From: a virus
Lineage: Duplodnaviria > Caudoviricetes
IMG/VR virus record: IMGVR_UViG_3300042260_000337
Length of the DNA: 64,000 nt
Direction: 5' to 3' (one strand)
Positions 10,159-20,439 of the stretch are shown here, one piece after another. Below the pieces are notes generated by a model. That model had not been told where the DNA came from. It saw only the letters and a program-made list of their open reading frames with translations, and searched no databases. Position numbers and translations under genes: made by a program. Each line of letters starts with the position of its first letter. Position 1 is the stretch's first letter.

Positions 10159-10746
10159 TTATTTTATTCCTGAAATGGTAAATCTGGTAAGCACATTCAA
10201 CTTCATTGCGCTTTCATATGATATTGAAGATAATGGGTATTTATTTTTAATCTCATCAACACTATAGCATACATTGGTATGATCTTCAATAGACAAGTTA
10301 TTGGATTGTATCAGGCATTGTTTTCCCGCTGGTATTCTTTCAAACCATTCTGAAGTCATATGCTCACTGCTTAGATTTATGATAGTATCATAGTGTTCCA
10401 ACCCATCAAACGTCAATACATCTTCTGTAAAATGTGTTCCATAGTTATGGAACTTTGAGTTGAGCCGCTTGCTTATAACATTACATCTTGGATCAATGTC
10501 TATTTCATCTATGATGAAAGTAGGATAACGGTGACATATATAGTGTGTTAGAAATCCAAACCATGAGCCGATATATAGAACTTTTCCTCCATGGTTTGGA
10601 AGATGCGATAATGCAGTGATTGCTTGATTTTTGCTATGAATTTGATTTGTATGAAATGCATCTCTGACTTCTTCCATAGTTGTCAGAGATGCAATGTTTT
10701 CTTCATACAATATATCAAAGAATGCTGATATGTATGTTTCTATCAT
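10159..10746 (-). CDS. class I SAM-dependent methyltransferase
   Basis: VLYIGSWFG glycine loop, EIDIDP acidic motif II, TIINLSSEH. Confidence 0.75.
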   Translation of the reverse strand: MIETYISAFFDILYEENIASLTTMEEVRDAFHTNQIHSKNQAITALSHLPNHGGKVLYIGSWFGFLTHYICHRYPTFIIDEIDIDPRCNVISKRLNSKFHNYGTHFTEDVLTFDGLEHYDTIINLSSEHMTSEWFERIPAGKQCLIQSNNLSIEDHTNVCYSVDEIKNKYPLSSISYESAMKLNVLTRFTISGIK

Positions 10747-10979
10747 GCTTTGAGTAGATACATCATTGTTTCTGGTATATCGTTGATAACGATAAGTTCA
10801 TTTGGATAGCGAAGGTAGTCCGTTTTTCTACCGATTGGTTGAACTCTGACCATTTTCTCGCCTTGCGATACTATGGTGCAAACGTCTATTTCTCGTGTGC
10901 CTGTGGCGGCAAGGACAACAGTGTCCTTGCCGAGTTCTCTGCCAAATCTATCCTTATGAATGATTGGCTGTTTCGCCAT
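10743..10979 (-). CDS. hypothetical protein (SH3/KOW-like beta fold possible)
   Basis: 78-aa ORF with overlapping start/stop. Confidence 0.65.
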   Translation of the reverse strand: MAKQPIIHKDRFGRELGKDTVVLAATGTREIDVCTIVSQGEKMVRVQPIGRKTDYLRYPNELIVINDIPETMMYLLKA

Positions 10980-11236
10980 CAGCCACGTCCAACAGTTTTG
11001 AGAATTGTTTCAACATCTTCAAAGTCTTGCTTTGCTTCGGTTAGCCGTGCCTTGTGAGCAATGCTAATTGCTTTATTGATGAGAGAAGGCTTGATGTCAA
11101 GTTCTTCTGCAATTGCCTTGACCGTATCTTTTAGACCACCCTTGAGGTCTTCAATCTCTTGAAGGACTGAACATCCTTCATCTACGAGTTGAGTTAGTTT
11201 TGCTTTTTCTTCGGATGTGATTGTATCTAGTGACAT
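10979..11236 (-). CDS. T4 DsbA/GapR(DUF2312)-like dsDNA-binding protein
   Basis: EIEDLKGGLKDTVKAIAEELDIKPSLINKAISIAHK helical pattern; start moved to MSLDT (GAGG SD). Confidence 0.6.
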   Translation of the reverse strand: MSLDTITSEEKAKLTQLVDEGCSVLQEIEDLKGGLKDTVKAIAEELDIKPSLINKAISIAHKARLTEAKQDFEDVETILKTVGRG

Positions 11237-11253
11237 GTTTTTCCTCTGTGAAT

Positions 11254-11315
11254 AAAAAAGGGAACCTCTGAATAGAAGTTCCCTTGAATATAACACACCG
11301 AAGTGGCAGAGTCAA
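11254..11315 (-). promoter_or_regulatory. terminator hairpin overlapped by an extended -10 sigma70 promoter
   Basis: TTGACT (11310-11315)-17-TATATT with TG extension; GGGAAC...GTTCCC-U6 hairpin at 11254-11283. Confidence 0.6.
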
Positions 11316-11323
11316 TCGTTATT

Positions 11324-12715
11324 TTACCATTTTCTGCATGACCAGTAACGTGCTTTTGTTCGTGGGCCTGGGTTGTCGCAATTGTGTCTTGCTCTGAACG
11401 ACTTTCTGCGTTCTGGGTTTGACTTCTTGATTTTCATGTCTGGGTCACCGAAGTTTACCTTTTTTACATTTCCAGTGCTTGGGTCTTTGACATAGACCTT
11501 GAATTTTTTTACATCGCCGCGCATTGGCTTACCGAGTGGGACGTTTCTGCCTTGATACTCTGCTTCATCCAACTTTTCATCTTCGTTGAACCACATAACA
11601 CCATATGCTTCAAAGAAATCGTTGCCTTCATATGTTTCTTCATACATAGATTCTTTTGCCGCGCCACCTGATGGGAATCGGGTTTGTATCCCTTGGTTTG
11701 AACTTGTTTGCTTGTCCATGTATGATTTGGCTTTTTGCATACCAGTGTTTAGACCTTTCGCGCCCATGACCGCAGCATTTCCTATATCTTTTGCCAATGG
11801 CGAAGTTAGTGCTCTTCCTGCCCCACTTGCCGCTCTTGCTATTGCTGGCCCTGCTGCTGCTGCCCCTGCTCTTACTGCTCCCGCAATGGCACCTCCTGCG
11901 GCTCCAAGTGCTGGCAGAAACTCTTTTAGATTTTCGTGCTTTGACTTTATGGAATCGAGCATTTCTTGGTATTGGTCGGCCATCATTCGGTGATGACGCT
12001 GTGTGATGGGGTCTTTCACCATCTTTGCTTTTTTGAGTCTATCATCAATCATCATCTGTAAACGGCTGATACGATGTGAAGTATTTCCTTCGTCTATTTT
12101 ACTTTCTGGAACGCAGTTGGGGACTTCTTTACTGCCTTTTTTTTTAGTTCCGACCATTTTGTAACCTGACCAGCATGGGTCTTTGGCACCGCCCTTCATT
12201 TTTCCAGCTTCTTTTATCTTAGACTCACCAATAGTATCTTCGTCGGCCATTGGACTGTTCATGACGGCATTATAGTCATCCATTTCATTATCTGACGGCA
12301 TTTCGTCACCCATTGGTAGGTCCATTTGCATACCGCCACCCATTGGGTCATTTAGTTGTTCAACATCGCCACCAAGTTCATCGCCCATGCCACCCATGCC
12401 ACCCATGTCACCGCCCATGTCTGGACCTTCAAAATCGTCAAATCCGCCCATTTCGTCGCCCATAGCTGGTTCGCTTGATTGTGCGTTTAGGTCAAGAACA
12501 TACATACGTGAGGTTAGTGCATCTGACATGCGCTGATATGCTGCATATGCGCTGTTATGCATTTTAGAGAACTGTAGCGACAAATCATGAATGGCGTCTC
12601 TGGCGTTCTTGCCGCTTTGAATTTCAGATGCAAGTTGTTCAGTTGTGCGATTTAGATAATCTTCAAACTCATCATTGGAGATTACAAAATTTTCAAAAAG
12701 TTGTCTAAGTTTCAT
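11324..12715 (-). CDS. modular late protein, probable internal head protein
   Basis: MKLRQLFE N-terminus; modules CWSGYKMVGTKKKG...VPNCVP and KVNFGD...RRKSFRARHNC...KARYWSCRKW typical of T4-like phages. Confidence 0.7.
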   Translation of the reverse strand: MKLRQLFENFVISNDEFEDYLNRTTEQLASEIQSGKNARDAIHDLSLQFSKMHNSAYAAYQRMSDALTSRMYVLDLNAQSSEPAMGDEMGGFDDFEGPDMGGDMGGMGGMGDELGGDVEQLNDPMGGGMQMDLPMGDEMPSDNEMDDYNAVMNSPMADEDTIGESKIKEAGKMKGGAKDPCWSGYKMVGTKKKGSKEVPNCVPESKIDEGNTSHRISRLQMMIDDRLKKAKMVKDPITQRHHRMMADQYQEMLDSIKSKHENLKEFLPALGAAGGAIAGAVRAGAAAAGPAIARAASGAGRALTSPLAKDIGNAAVMGAKGLNTGMQKAKSYMDKQTSSNQGIQTRFPSGGAAKESMYEETYEGNDFFEAYGVMWFNEDEKLDEAEYQGRNVPLGKPMRGDVKKFKVYVKDPSTGNVKKVNFGDPDMKIKKSNPERRKSFRARHNCDNPGPRTKARYWSCRKW

Positions 12716-12721
12716 TTTACA

Positions 12722-12937
12722 TTACCTTCTTATCATTGTTGTTGTAACAGGGTTAGTATAACTCAGATTACCTACATCGGCACTGTAACCCATCTTATGT
12801 TTCTTTTTAGATTCAGTTTTAGCTTTTCCATAAACAGAACGCTTCGCATCGGCCTTCTTGGTTCCAGGCGTCATAGGCATCGCAACTGATGCAAATGCCC
12901 CTGAAAAATTCTCGCTTATGATCTCATTTATTTTCAT
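12722..12937 (-). CDS. small basic late protein with capsid-targeting-like N-terminus
   Basis: MKINEIISE; GATAAATA at 12943-12950. Confidence 0.7.
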   Translation of the reverse strand: MKINEIISENFSGAFASVAMPMTPGTKKADAKRSVYGKAKTESKKKHKMGYSADVGNLSYTNPVTTTMIRR

Positions 12938-12953
12938 AATAGTATTTATCCTT

Positions 12954-15900
12954 TTATGCAGCTTTGGTATTTAGGTTTCTACCAAACTCAAGTTTGCGTT
13001 TGATACTACTCAATACTTCAAAGAATAGTTCTTTTACCGCATTTAGATTTTCAAAGAAACTAAAGAAGGTAAGACCTGGAACTTTTTCAGTAGCAACATT
13101 CATCACTGTTGAAATGAAAGTTCCGAATTGGTCGGCAAAGTTTGATTTGACCACGTTTGCCAATATTGTTTTTACACTAGATAGATTCTGGACCATGTAT
13201 TTGGCAAACGCATATACGCCAAGACTTCCCAAGAAGCCGATAATGCCGCCACGCTTGAATATTGCAGATGCGAATGTAATGATATTCTGCACCATATCCC
13301 TCAGTGTGGTAGCGACTGTTTCGTTATTGACAAGGCCAATCGCAGTGTTCAGAACCGATGATAGTTGCTTCAACATTCCTCTTGACGATTTCACCATTTG
13401 GGTGTATGATTTCTCAAAATATGTTTCATCCATAAGAATATCTTTGATAAGAACAGCGGCGTCTTTCATGGTAAGAATGGTAGCCGATAGGTCATCAATC
13501 GTATTTTGTGCTTTACTTCCCAACCATTTTGTGACGGAAACCAACATTGCTTCATGTAGTTGTGCTTCTGTAAGCATCTTGCGACCTGTATCGCCATACA
13601 TTTCTCTCAAATTGAATGCTGGCTTTCCATCTTTTGAAACTTTGTTTCCAAACTTTGCGGCTTGTTTTTTGATTTCGTTTGGGCCAACATCAATCGTAGT
13701 GTTGACGCCTTTTACGATTTTACCAACCCCGCCAGTTTCATGAATATCCTTGAATGTAGTTTGAGGGAAGTTGATAAGCATACTCAATCCCTCCTTGGCT
13801 GGAAGGCTCATACGGAATGCAGTGATTTTGTGTATCTTTGCATTTTTAGCAGCAAGCCAACGATGATGCCCATCCAACACATAGTTGTCAGAACTGATTA
13901 TGATTGGCTTGTTCATCTTTCCGTTTGTCATTGCAGCTTCTACGCCCTTGTCGCTGAACTCTGACTGAGTTGACATTAGGTCTGCTGGATCAACTATTTC
14001 TTTTTTTATTTTGCCACCATTATCGTAGATATAACGAAACAAATCTTCATAATGCTTTTCGTCAATTTGCGGCATATGGCGTCTTGGAACACCAAGTGTG
14101 TCGGCAGGATGAGGTTTTACGATTTTTAGTTCATTTAGTTCGCCCTCACTATGAACTTCTGGGTGCTCTGGTGAACCACCAATCTCTTTGTATTCCGCAC
14201 CGAACTTATCAAGAATTCTTTTCAAACGAGCAACTTGTTCTTGATTGGCAAGGGTGACTACCATATCTGAGTCACTTTGCCCGAACTCATGTGGGTCTTG
14301 CTGGTTCAATCTTGCAAAATGCTGACCTAGCTTATACCAATCAAAATCACCTTTTGTATCAATCACCAATGTATTTTGTGGCATAGTAAGCAAGTCGTGT
14401 TGGTATCCAGTGGGGTCATCTTCAACTGCGTCTTCATTGAATGCAACATCGGTTGCCTTCTTTGCGATTTCACCTTGAGGATGTTTTGGGTTGATAGTTA
14501 CAACTTCTCCGTTCATCAACTCTGAGATATTTGCAGTTTTACCAATTGTATCTAACAGTTGATGCAGCTTGTCATTTGCATCATACCCATTAGTTTCATA
14601 GTTTGCCTTGCCTCTGACTTCGGTTCTCTTTCCAGAATCGGTATTCAGAATATGTAACACATACAGGTCATCATCACGTTCAAGTTGTAGCTTGTATGAT
14701 TCATTCATATGCTTGAAATACTGAACCTGACGCTCTCTTTTTAGAGCGCCAGCTTTAGTTGGGTAAGTTCCAAGGTTCTTTTTGCCATCTTTAGAGCGAA
14801 GTTGAAATCCGCCCTTCACTTTTTTTATAGTTTCATTTACTGATTCTGGCGTTGGTGTTTTTGCTGGAACTGCCAGTAGCTTGCTGAATGTTTTCTTTGG
14901 CTTTTTTGGTAACACTGCCAGATATTCTTTTCTCAACTCTTCTTTTTTAGGAGTAAGTTCGCGAATGTGGGATTGAAGTTCTTTTATTTTTTCTTCATTT
15001 GGGTCTGCACGATTGACTTCTGCACGAAGTTTTGTAGTATAGTCATCAATCATGTTTTGAATGCTGTTTATTTCATTCTTGATTTCTGCAACGTTTTCGT
15101 CTCTTTCGTCATCATATATTGGAGCATCACTATAAAGTAGGTTATCGCCTTCGACATGACTATACTTCTCTACACCATTTTCTTTGTATGCTGCAAATAC
15201 CGTTACGCTTGGGTCTTTTGATAACGCAACCCATATTTTTCTTCCGCCCGCTGATTGCATAGAGTCTGCCTGAAGGAATAGACCCACCTTTGTAACCAAG
15301 TGGGCATAGAATTTTGGCATCAATCCTTTTCCTTGAAGTGCAGGATCAAGTGCTGCGGCATGAATAACGCAAGGCGATTTTGATGAACTACGAGTCATAT
15401 GGACCAAGGCATGCATATTGGTTTCTTTGTCGCATAATAGCGCGTTTAGTTCACGTCCTTCTTTTGCTATAAAGACACGAAACTTACCCATTGGTTCTAC
15501 TTCGGTAAATCTACTGTAATATTTTTTGATTGGAAAGCCCCACATATAGGATTTCCAATCTTTGGAAACTTTCACAGTTTCTATTTCTTCGCCTAACTTT
15601 TTCTGTATCTCGCCAGTTTCATCATCAACCGAATATTGACTACGGAAGAACGCACTTCCGTCATCAGTCATATTTGACACTGAAATCTTTTTACTAGGAA
15701 ACTCTTTGAATAGGTCATCAACCAACATTTTGGCATAACCTTTTCTGCGGCTATCATCTGCGGTAATAACATGAGAGATATAAACCTCGTCATCTACGAT
15801 GCTTACATCAACGCCAGCTTTGACTACGCCATCAACCATCAGATACTTGGTTCCGAATGTTTCGCCTTTGTAGTGGTCAGAAACGGACACTGGGTTTATT

Positions 15901-18542
15901 TTTATATTCCCAGTGTTCTCTGTCATTTTTTCATTTTTTTTTACTGACTCTGTTTTTGTTACCTTTGGTTTATCATACATTGGGTCATGAGCGGCATGAG
16001 CAAATAGATACACATCCTCGTGTTCTTCATCCCAAGTTTGTTTGCTTTGAGCGTCCATCTTTTCGTCTCTTAGCTTTTTCTCCATTGTTCGCAAGTCAGC
16101 ATATTCTTTTTTGAGACGAGCAAGATTGGCAGTGTCCGTTTTATCCATGGAACTATAATCATCCCATACTTCACGTATCTTATCTTCTACAAACGCAAGT
16201 TCTCTTTCAATCTCTTTGACTTCGTTTTTCAACTCAGTGTCATAGGTATGGAAACCACTACGCAGGAAGTCATCTACATCGTTGTCAATATCCGATAGCT
16301 CCCAGTTTCCGCCATCATTTTTTGCTGCGTATACGGTAATTCCTGGGATTTTTGACAGAGCAATCCATATCTTCTTTCCGCCTTGCGATTGAAGATCATC
16401 ACTGCGAATAACCCAACCCTTCTTACATAGGAACGCATATAGCTTAGGCGCAATGCCTTTTCCTTGCCAAGATGGGTGAATGATAGTTGCCTTTGCAATC
16501 CAGTATTCCATGCCTTCTCTGTTACCATAGTCGCGCTCAAATTCAATCAGTGATATTGGTTTGCGATCCAGTGCAGAGTTTTCATTCTTGTCAGTAACCA
16601 AAAATACTTTGCGAGAGTTGGCTCCGTATTGTTCTAATACTACATCATATCCACCAAGTCTGCCTATCTTTCTTACATACTTTGTGTTCTTGCCTTCCCA
16701 ATCAGTATTGCCAATCCATCCCCAACTTTTTGGTAGGTCAACGGAAGAAACCTCATTGATAGATTCGTTTTTTGGTTTCTTGTCAGTGGTAGCAAGAAGA
16801 TATATCAGTTCATTCTTTTGGCGACTTAGGCGGTCATCATTGTAAATTTCGTCACGTTCTTTTGTAAGTTTGCGAATATGGTTATCCAAGAAATCCAAGT
16901 CAGATTGCATCTTTTCCAACTGCTTTGGGTCGGATACTTTTTCTGATTGTGCTAGTAACACGTTATATTGAGAACGTGCAGCTTTGATTTCGTTAGTATA
17001 CTCATCTACGCCTTCATTGCGATAAATTGGGAAATCACCAGCCAAGACTTCATCGCCATCAACTGCGGTATAATCCATGTTGCCATGTGCATCTTCTTTT
17101 GCTGCATACACAGTTATGCCAGGAATTTTTGCCAACTCTGCCCAAATCTTCATGCCGCCTTTTGATTGGTCGGTATCTGAACGAAGGAAGAAACCTTTCT
17201 TTACAAGGTATGCATAAATTTTTGGCATAAGTTTTTTGCCTCTTAGCGCCTTGCCAAGAGCCGCACCTTTTACTTGCCATAGTGTTACTGAATCTTCGGT
17301 GTAGTTTTGAGTAAGTAGTAGTTCACCTTCAATAATAACTGGGTCACTGCTTTCTTTTGATAGTTGTTCGGTGGTTATGAATATTGAACGATTCATAACG
17401 CCTATTTTCTTTTGATATAGATTGATTGGTCCAAGAGTTCCGATAAGAGATACGCCAGAATACATAAGCAAGTCTTTGCCTATGTTTCCTGGGTTCCAAT
17501 CACTTTCAACACCAACCTGTGTAATACGGTCTTCTTTTATGCCATAACGTTCTTTATACATTCTTTCAAGTTGACGCCCATTCAATCCTTGAAACGCACG
17601 AGCAATATCAAATGCGTATCCACCAATACTTTGCTTTCTTGGGTCACTTGTTACCAATCTGTGCAATGCTTGTAGAGCAGAATCATAAAAGTTTTGACTT
17701 GCTTTTGCTGCAAGTTTCGCCTGAAGTTCGTCTCTACTTATGGCTTCATTTGTAATTGCCTCTTCTTCGTCACTAGTATCGCCAGTAATAGAATATGTTT
17801 TTCCTTTTACTGTGAACTCTTTTTTTCCAGCTTTTATTGCATTCATTCTTGCATCAGTGAACGGATTGGACTCGCCCATCATTTTATCGGCAAGTTTTAC
17901 ACCCGCACGGTCTGCCAACTTTTTCAACTTGAATAGATTTTTACCAGTCTTGAACGCAGCTTTCAACGTTGCAACGGTTGTTTGCCCTACCACTGCCATT
18001 ACAATCAAATCAGTTAGAGGTGGGATTGAACCCAAGTCTTCGCTTAGTTCTGCCTCTCCAACCAATCTTCCTTTATATGGATGTGGTTGTGATCCAGTTC
18101 TTGATGGTTTTGAGTTCTTTGGTAATGGTTCTGAACCACGAACCTGATCTACGCTTTCAACTGGAAACTCTCTGTCTGGTGACTTGAAGTTCTTTTTTCT
18201 CATAACAGTTTTTGCAACCAAATCTAACTGATTAGTTTTTCTGTTCCAATTCAACACAAATGGAATGTTTACATCAGATTCCAAATCCTTCATAATGGCT
18301 TCTTTGTCTGGTCCCATTTGCGCGATTGGTTTGCCCCAACGCTTATATTCCTTGGCAAACAAACGCCCTAGTTCTCGTATTGTGATCTGCTTTCCATTTC
18401 TTTCGTCGTTTACGCGGTCAAGAAAGTGATGAGTAAACCCGACATCAATGCCAAGTTTGTTGAATACATTATCAATATGAACTTCAAGTGCATCCAGTGC
18501 AGATTTTGTTACTTTACCATCGATATCTGTTATGTTTACCAT
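12954..18542 (-). CDS. 1862-aa polyvalent protein: N-terminal nuclease-like domain, four GNAT-like domains, ParB/Srx-like domain
   Basis: acetyl-CoA motif A variants LRGKKLMPKIY, WQGKGIAPKLY, SRRKGYAKML, LQGKGLMPKFY; ParB-like ISSDNYVLDGHHRW; modules separated by (I/L/V/M)xE linkers. Confidence 0.75.
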   Translation of the reverse strand: MVNITDIDGKVTKSALDALEVHIDNVFNKLGIDVGFTHHFLDRVNDERNGKQITIRELGRLFAKEYKRWGKPIAQMGPDKEAIMKDLESDVNIPFVLNWNRKTNQLDLVAKTVMRKKNFKSPDREFPVESVDQVRGSEPLPKNSKPSRTGSQPHPYKGRLVGEAELSEDLGSIPPLTDLIVMAVVGQTTVATLKAAFKTGKNLFKLKKLADRAGVKLADKMMGESNPFTDARMNAIKAGKKEFTVKGKTYSITGDTSDEEEAITNEAISRDELQAKLAAKASQNFYDSALQALHRLVTSDPRKQSIGGYAFDIARAFQGLNGRQLERMYKERYGIKEDRITQVGVESDWNPGNIGKDLLMYSGVSLIGTLGPINLYQKKIGVMNRSIFITTEQLSKESSDPVIIEGELLLTQNYTEDSVTLWQVKGAALGKALRGKKLMPKIYAYLVKKGFFLRSDTDQSKGGMKIWAELAKIPGITVYAAKEDAHGNMDYTAVDGDEVLAGDFPIYRNEGVDEYTNEIKAARSQYNVLLAQSEKVSDPKQLEKMQSDLDFLDNHIRKLTKERDEIYNDDRLSRQKNELIYLLATTDKKPKNESINEVSSVDLPKSWGWIGNTDWEGKNTKYVRKIGRLGGYDVVLEQYGANSRKVFLVTDKNENSALDRKPISLIEFERDYGNREGMEYWIAKATIIHPSWQGKGIAPKLYAFLCKKGWVIRSDDLQSQGGKKIWIALSKIPGITVYAAKNDGGNWELSDIDNDVDDFLRSGFHTYDTELKNEVKEIERELAFVEDKIREVWDDYSSMDKTDTANLARLKKEYADLRTMEKKLRDEKMDAQSKQTWDEEHEDVYLFAHAAHDPMYDKPKVTKTESVKKNEKMTENTGNIKINPVSVSDHYKGETFGTKYLMVDGVVKAGVDVSIVDDEVYISHVITADDSRRKGYAKMLVDDLFKEFPSKKISVSNMTDDGSAFFRSQYSVDDETGEIQKKLGEEIETVKVSKDWKSYMWGFPIKKYYSRFTEVEPMGKFRVFIAKEGRELNALLCDKETNMHALVHMTRSSSKSPCVIHAAALDPALQGKGLMPKFYAHLVTKVGLFLQADSMQSAGGRKIWVALSKDPSVTVFAAYKENGVEKYSHVEGDNLLYSDAPIYDDERDENVAEIKNEINSIQNMIDDYTTKLRAEVNRADPNEEKIKELQSHIRELTPKKEELRKEYLAVLPKKPKKTFSKLLAVPAKTPTPESVNETIKKVKGGFQLRSKDGKKNLGTYPTKAGALKRERQVQYFKHMNESYKLQLERDDDLYVLHILNTDSGKRTEVRGKANYETNGYDANDKLHQLLDTIGKTANISELMNGEVVTINPKHPQGEIAKKATDVAFNEDAVEDDPTGYQHDLLTMPQNTLVIDTKGDFDWYKLGQHFARLNQQDPHEFGQSDSDMVVTLANQEQVARLKRILDKFGAEYKEIGGSPEHPEVHSEGELNELKIVKPHPADTLGVPRRHMPQIDEKHYEDLFRYIYDNGGKIKKEIVDPADLMSTQSEFSDKGVEAAMTNGKMNKPIIISSDNYVLDGHHRWLAAKNAKIHKITAFRMSLPAKEGLSMLINFPQTTFKDIHETGGVGKIVKGVNTTIDVGPNEIKKQAAKFGNKVSKDGKPAFNLREMYGDTGRKMLTEAQLHEAMLVSVTKWLGSKAQNTIDDLSATILTMKDAAVLIKDILMDETYFEKSYTQMVKSSRGMLKQLSSVLNTAIGLVNNETVATTLRDMVQNIITFASAIFKRGGIIGFLGSLGVYAFAKYMVQNLSSVKTILANVVKSNFADQFGTFISTVMNVATEKVPGLTFFSFFENLNAVKELFFEVLSSIKRKLEFGRNLNTKAA

Positions 18543-18555
18543 TTTTTATTATTCC

Positions 18556-19845
18556 TTAGATTTCGAACCATTTTAGTAGTCCAGCAGCGTTCTTACTTGA
18601 GGTTGCAGAACGTATCGCCAGAGTTAGTGTTTGTTGTGTGGTTGCATTTTTTGCTCCCAACTGATTGTCCCAACTCAATTGGCCATTGCCAATCGTCGCT
18701 GGTGAAGTTTTGCCACCCATGTATCCACCATATATGCGTTCCCCCAAGCTACTAAATGTAACAGTGTTAGTCGCTATATCAACGTTACTTGATGATGGAT
18801 TGAAAGTGAACGCACTTGACGGCGTTGCATCCACAAACAGACCCCATTCAAAGTCTGTATTAGATATATTTAGTATATCAATTCCAGCAGGAACTACGAT
18901 TGCATTTGTATTACCAAGACGAATAGTTGCCAAGTTTACCCAGTCAGTTCCTACTGATACTCCAGACAGACTTGCAGTTCCATCTACTTTTCCAATCGCT
19001 CTTGCCTCATATCCACTTTCTGAAATGACACTTGAACATATGGTCTGCATGGTAGCTGATGGGCCATTAGATTCAATTTGAAAACGTATAGGTAGGTTTA
19101 CAGTTCTTGTGTATACTGCATCGTTTATATTCGCATTATGGAATATATGAGCAATCACGTATTGACCGTTGATTACGAACCCAGTTCTAACCGAACCAAC
19201 TCCAAGCCATTCAACATCAATAAACAAAATTTGAGACTTGGTAACATCAAGAATAAGACCACTTGGGCCAGTTCCATCTAGCTTGTCAACGTTCCAGTCA
19301 GATTGCATGACTTTATTTACAACGCCTTCATTACGAATTGACATCACCAAATCTTCATCTTCGCTAGAGAATGTGATACCATTTGAAGTATCCCATAAAC
19401 CAACCACTTGAGTAAGGCCAGACTGTGGAGTATCCATAACAAATGTGTTTAGAACCAAGAAACTTTTTCCCGGTTGATAACTCATTCGGCGCTTACTCTG
19501 ACGATACGCAATCCCAACGCCAGATACCGCAATATCTGCACTACTGCGACTATTCGTATGAGACACTGACGCACTGCCGTTTGTATAGTTGAAAAACTTG
19601 TTACTAATCACGTTTACGTTTGTAGCGTCAAATAGTGTAACAGGGTTTGAAACACGAAGTCTCCCAAATGCATCAACACCAGCATTCAAGTTGCCAAATG
19701 GATTATATACGGTATTTGAAAGACCAGAGTTTACTTCTACGTTTTCAATACTTACGCGAAGTGATGGTTCGCCATCATCATCATAGCGCATTGCGTTTTG
19801 TAAGCCTGAAAGATTTCTATCTGCGTTGTCATGTTGATATGTCAT
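18556..19845 (-). CDS. probable virion structural protein (beta-rich)
   Basis: 429 aa, S/T/G/N-rich, DAFGRLRVSNPVTLFD motif seen in T4-like phage structural genes. Confidence 0.6.
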   Translation of the reverse strand: MTYQHDNADRNLSGLQNAMRYDDDGEPSLRVSIENVEVNSGLSNTVYNPFGNLNAGVDAFGRLRVSNPVTLFDATNVNVISNKFFNYTNGSASVSHTNSRSSADIAVSGVGIAYRQSKRRMSYQPGKSFLVLNTFVMDTPQSGLTQVVGLWDTSNGITFSSEDEDLVMSIRNEGVVNKVMQSDWNVDKLDGTGPSGLILDVTKSQILFIDVEWLGVGSVRTGFVINGQYVIAHIFHNANINDAVYTRTVNLPIRFQIESNGPSATMQTICSSVISESGYEARAIGKVDGTASLSGVSVGTDWVNLATIRLGNTNAIVVPAGIDILNISNTDFEWGLFVDATPSSAFTFNPSSSNVDIATNTVTFSSLGERIYGGYMGGKTSPATIGNGQLSWDNQLGAKNATTQQTLTLAIRSATSSKNAAGLLKWFEI

Positions 19846-19848
19846 ATC

Positions 19849-20439
19849 TTATTTTCCTTTTTTCGCTGCGGCAGCTTTTATCTTATCTGCATATGGAAGC
19901 AAGTAATCTGCCACCAAATCAAAGAATGAACGACCATCTATTCTTGTGTCTTCTGAAACGCCAGCCGCATCTGCAAATGCTTTGCGATCCCCATCCAATA
20001 CTGCTTGTCGTAGAGCGGTAGCAGAACTCAATCGTGGAGTTGCAACTTGAACGATGTTTGGAAAGTTATAGTAACCATGGCGACCTTCCTCGCCATTGTA
20101 TTGTTGTATTGTTTTTGTAACCCAATCTTCGTCTGTATACACCATGAGAGTTACATTGCCATGTTCTTTATACACTTTTGACGCCAATGTTAGCCAAGAG
20201 GTTTCGGCAACAATATGACCTTTGATTTCTGGCATAATGGCTTCCATCACTTTGACTTTCACGTCAAATGGCAACGGGTCTTTTGGCCCAACGGTTGATT
20301 CATTTGTTCCGACATACCATACTGGGTTCTTACTTGCCATTTCCCATGCTGCACGGTGTCCTTTATGTGCTGGATTGAAACGACCAAAGATTATGCCGAC
20401 TGTGTTTTCTTTTGCTTCGTATAGTTGAAATATTCTCAT
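19849..20439 (-). CDS. HIGH-family nucleotidyltransferase (cytidyltransferase-like)
   Basis: IIFGRFNPAHKGH and RLSSATALR motifs; TAATG coupling to the upstream gene; start MRIFQLYE. Confidence 0.8.
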   Translation of the reverse strand: MRIFQLYEAKENTVGIIFGRFNPAHKGHRAAWEMASKNPVWYVGTNESTVGPKDPLPFDVKVKVMEAIMPEIKGHIVAETSWLTLASKVYKEHGNVTLMVYTDEDWVTKTIQQYNGEEGRHGYYNFPNIVQVATPRLSSATALRQAVLDGDRKAFADAAGVSEDTRIDGRSFFDLVADYLLPYADKIKAAAAKKGK

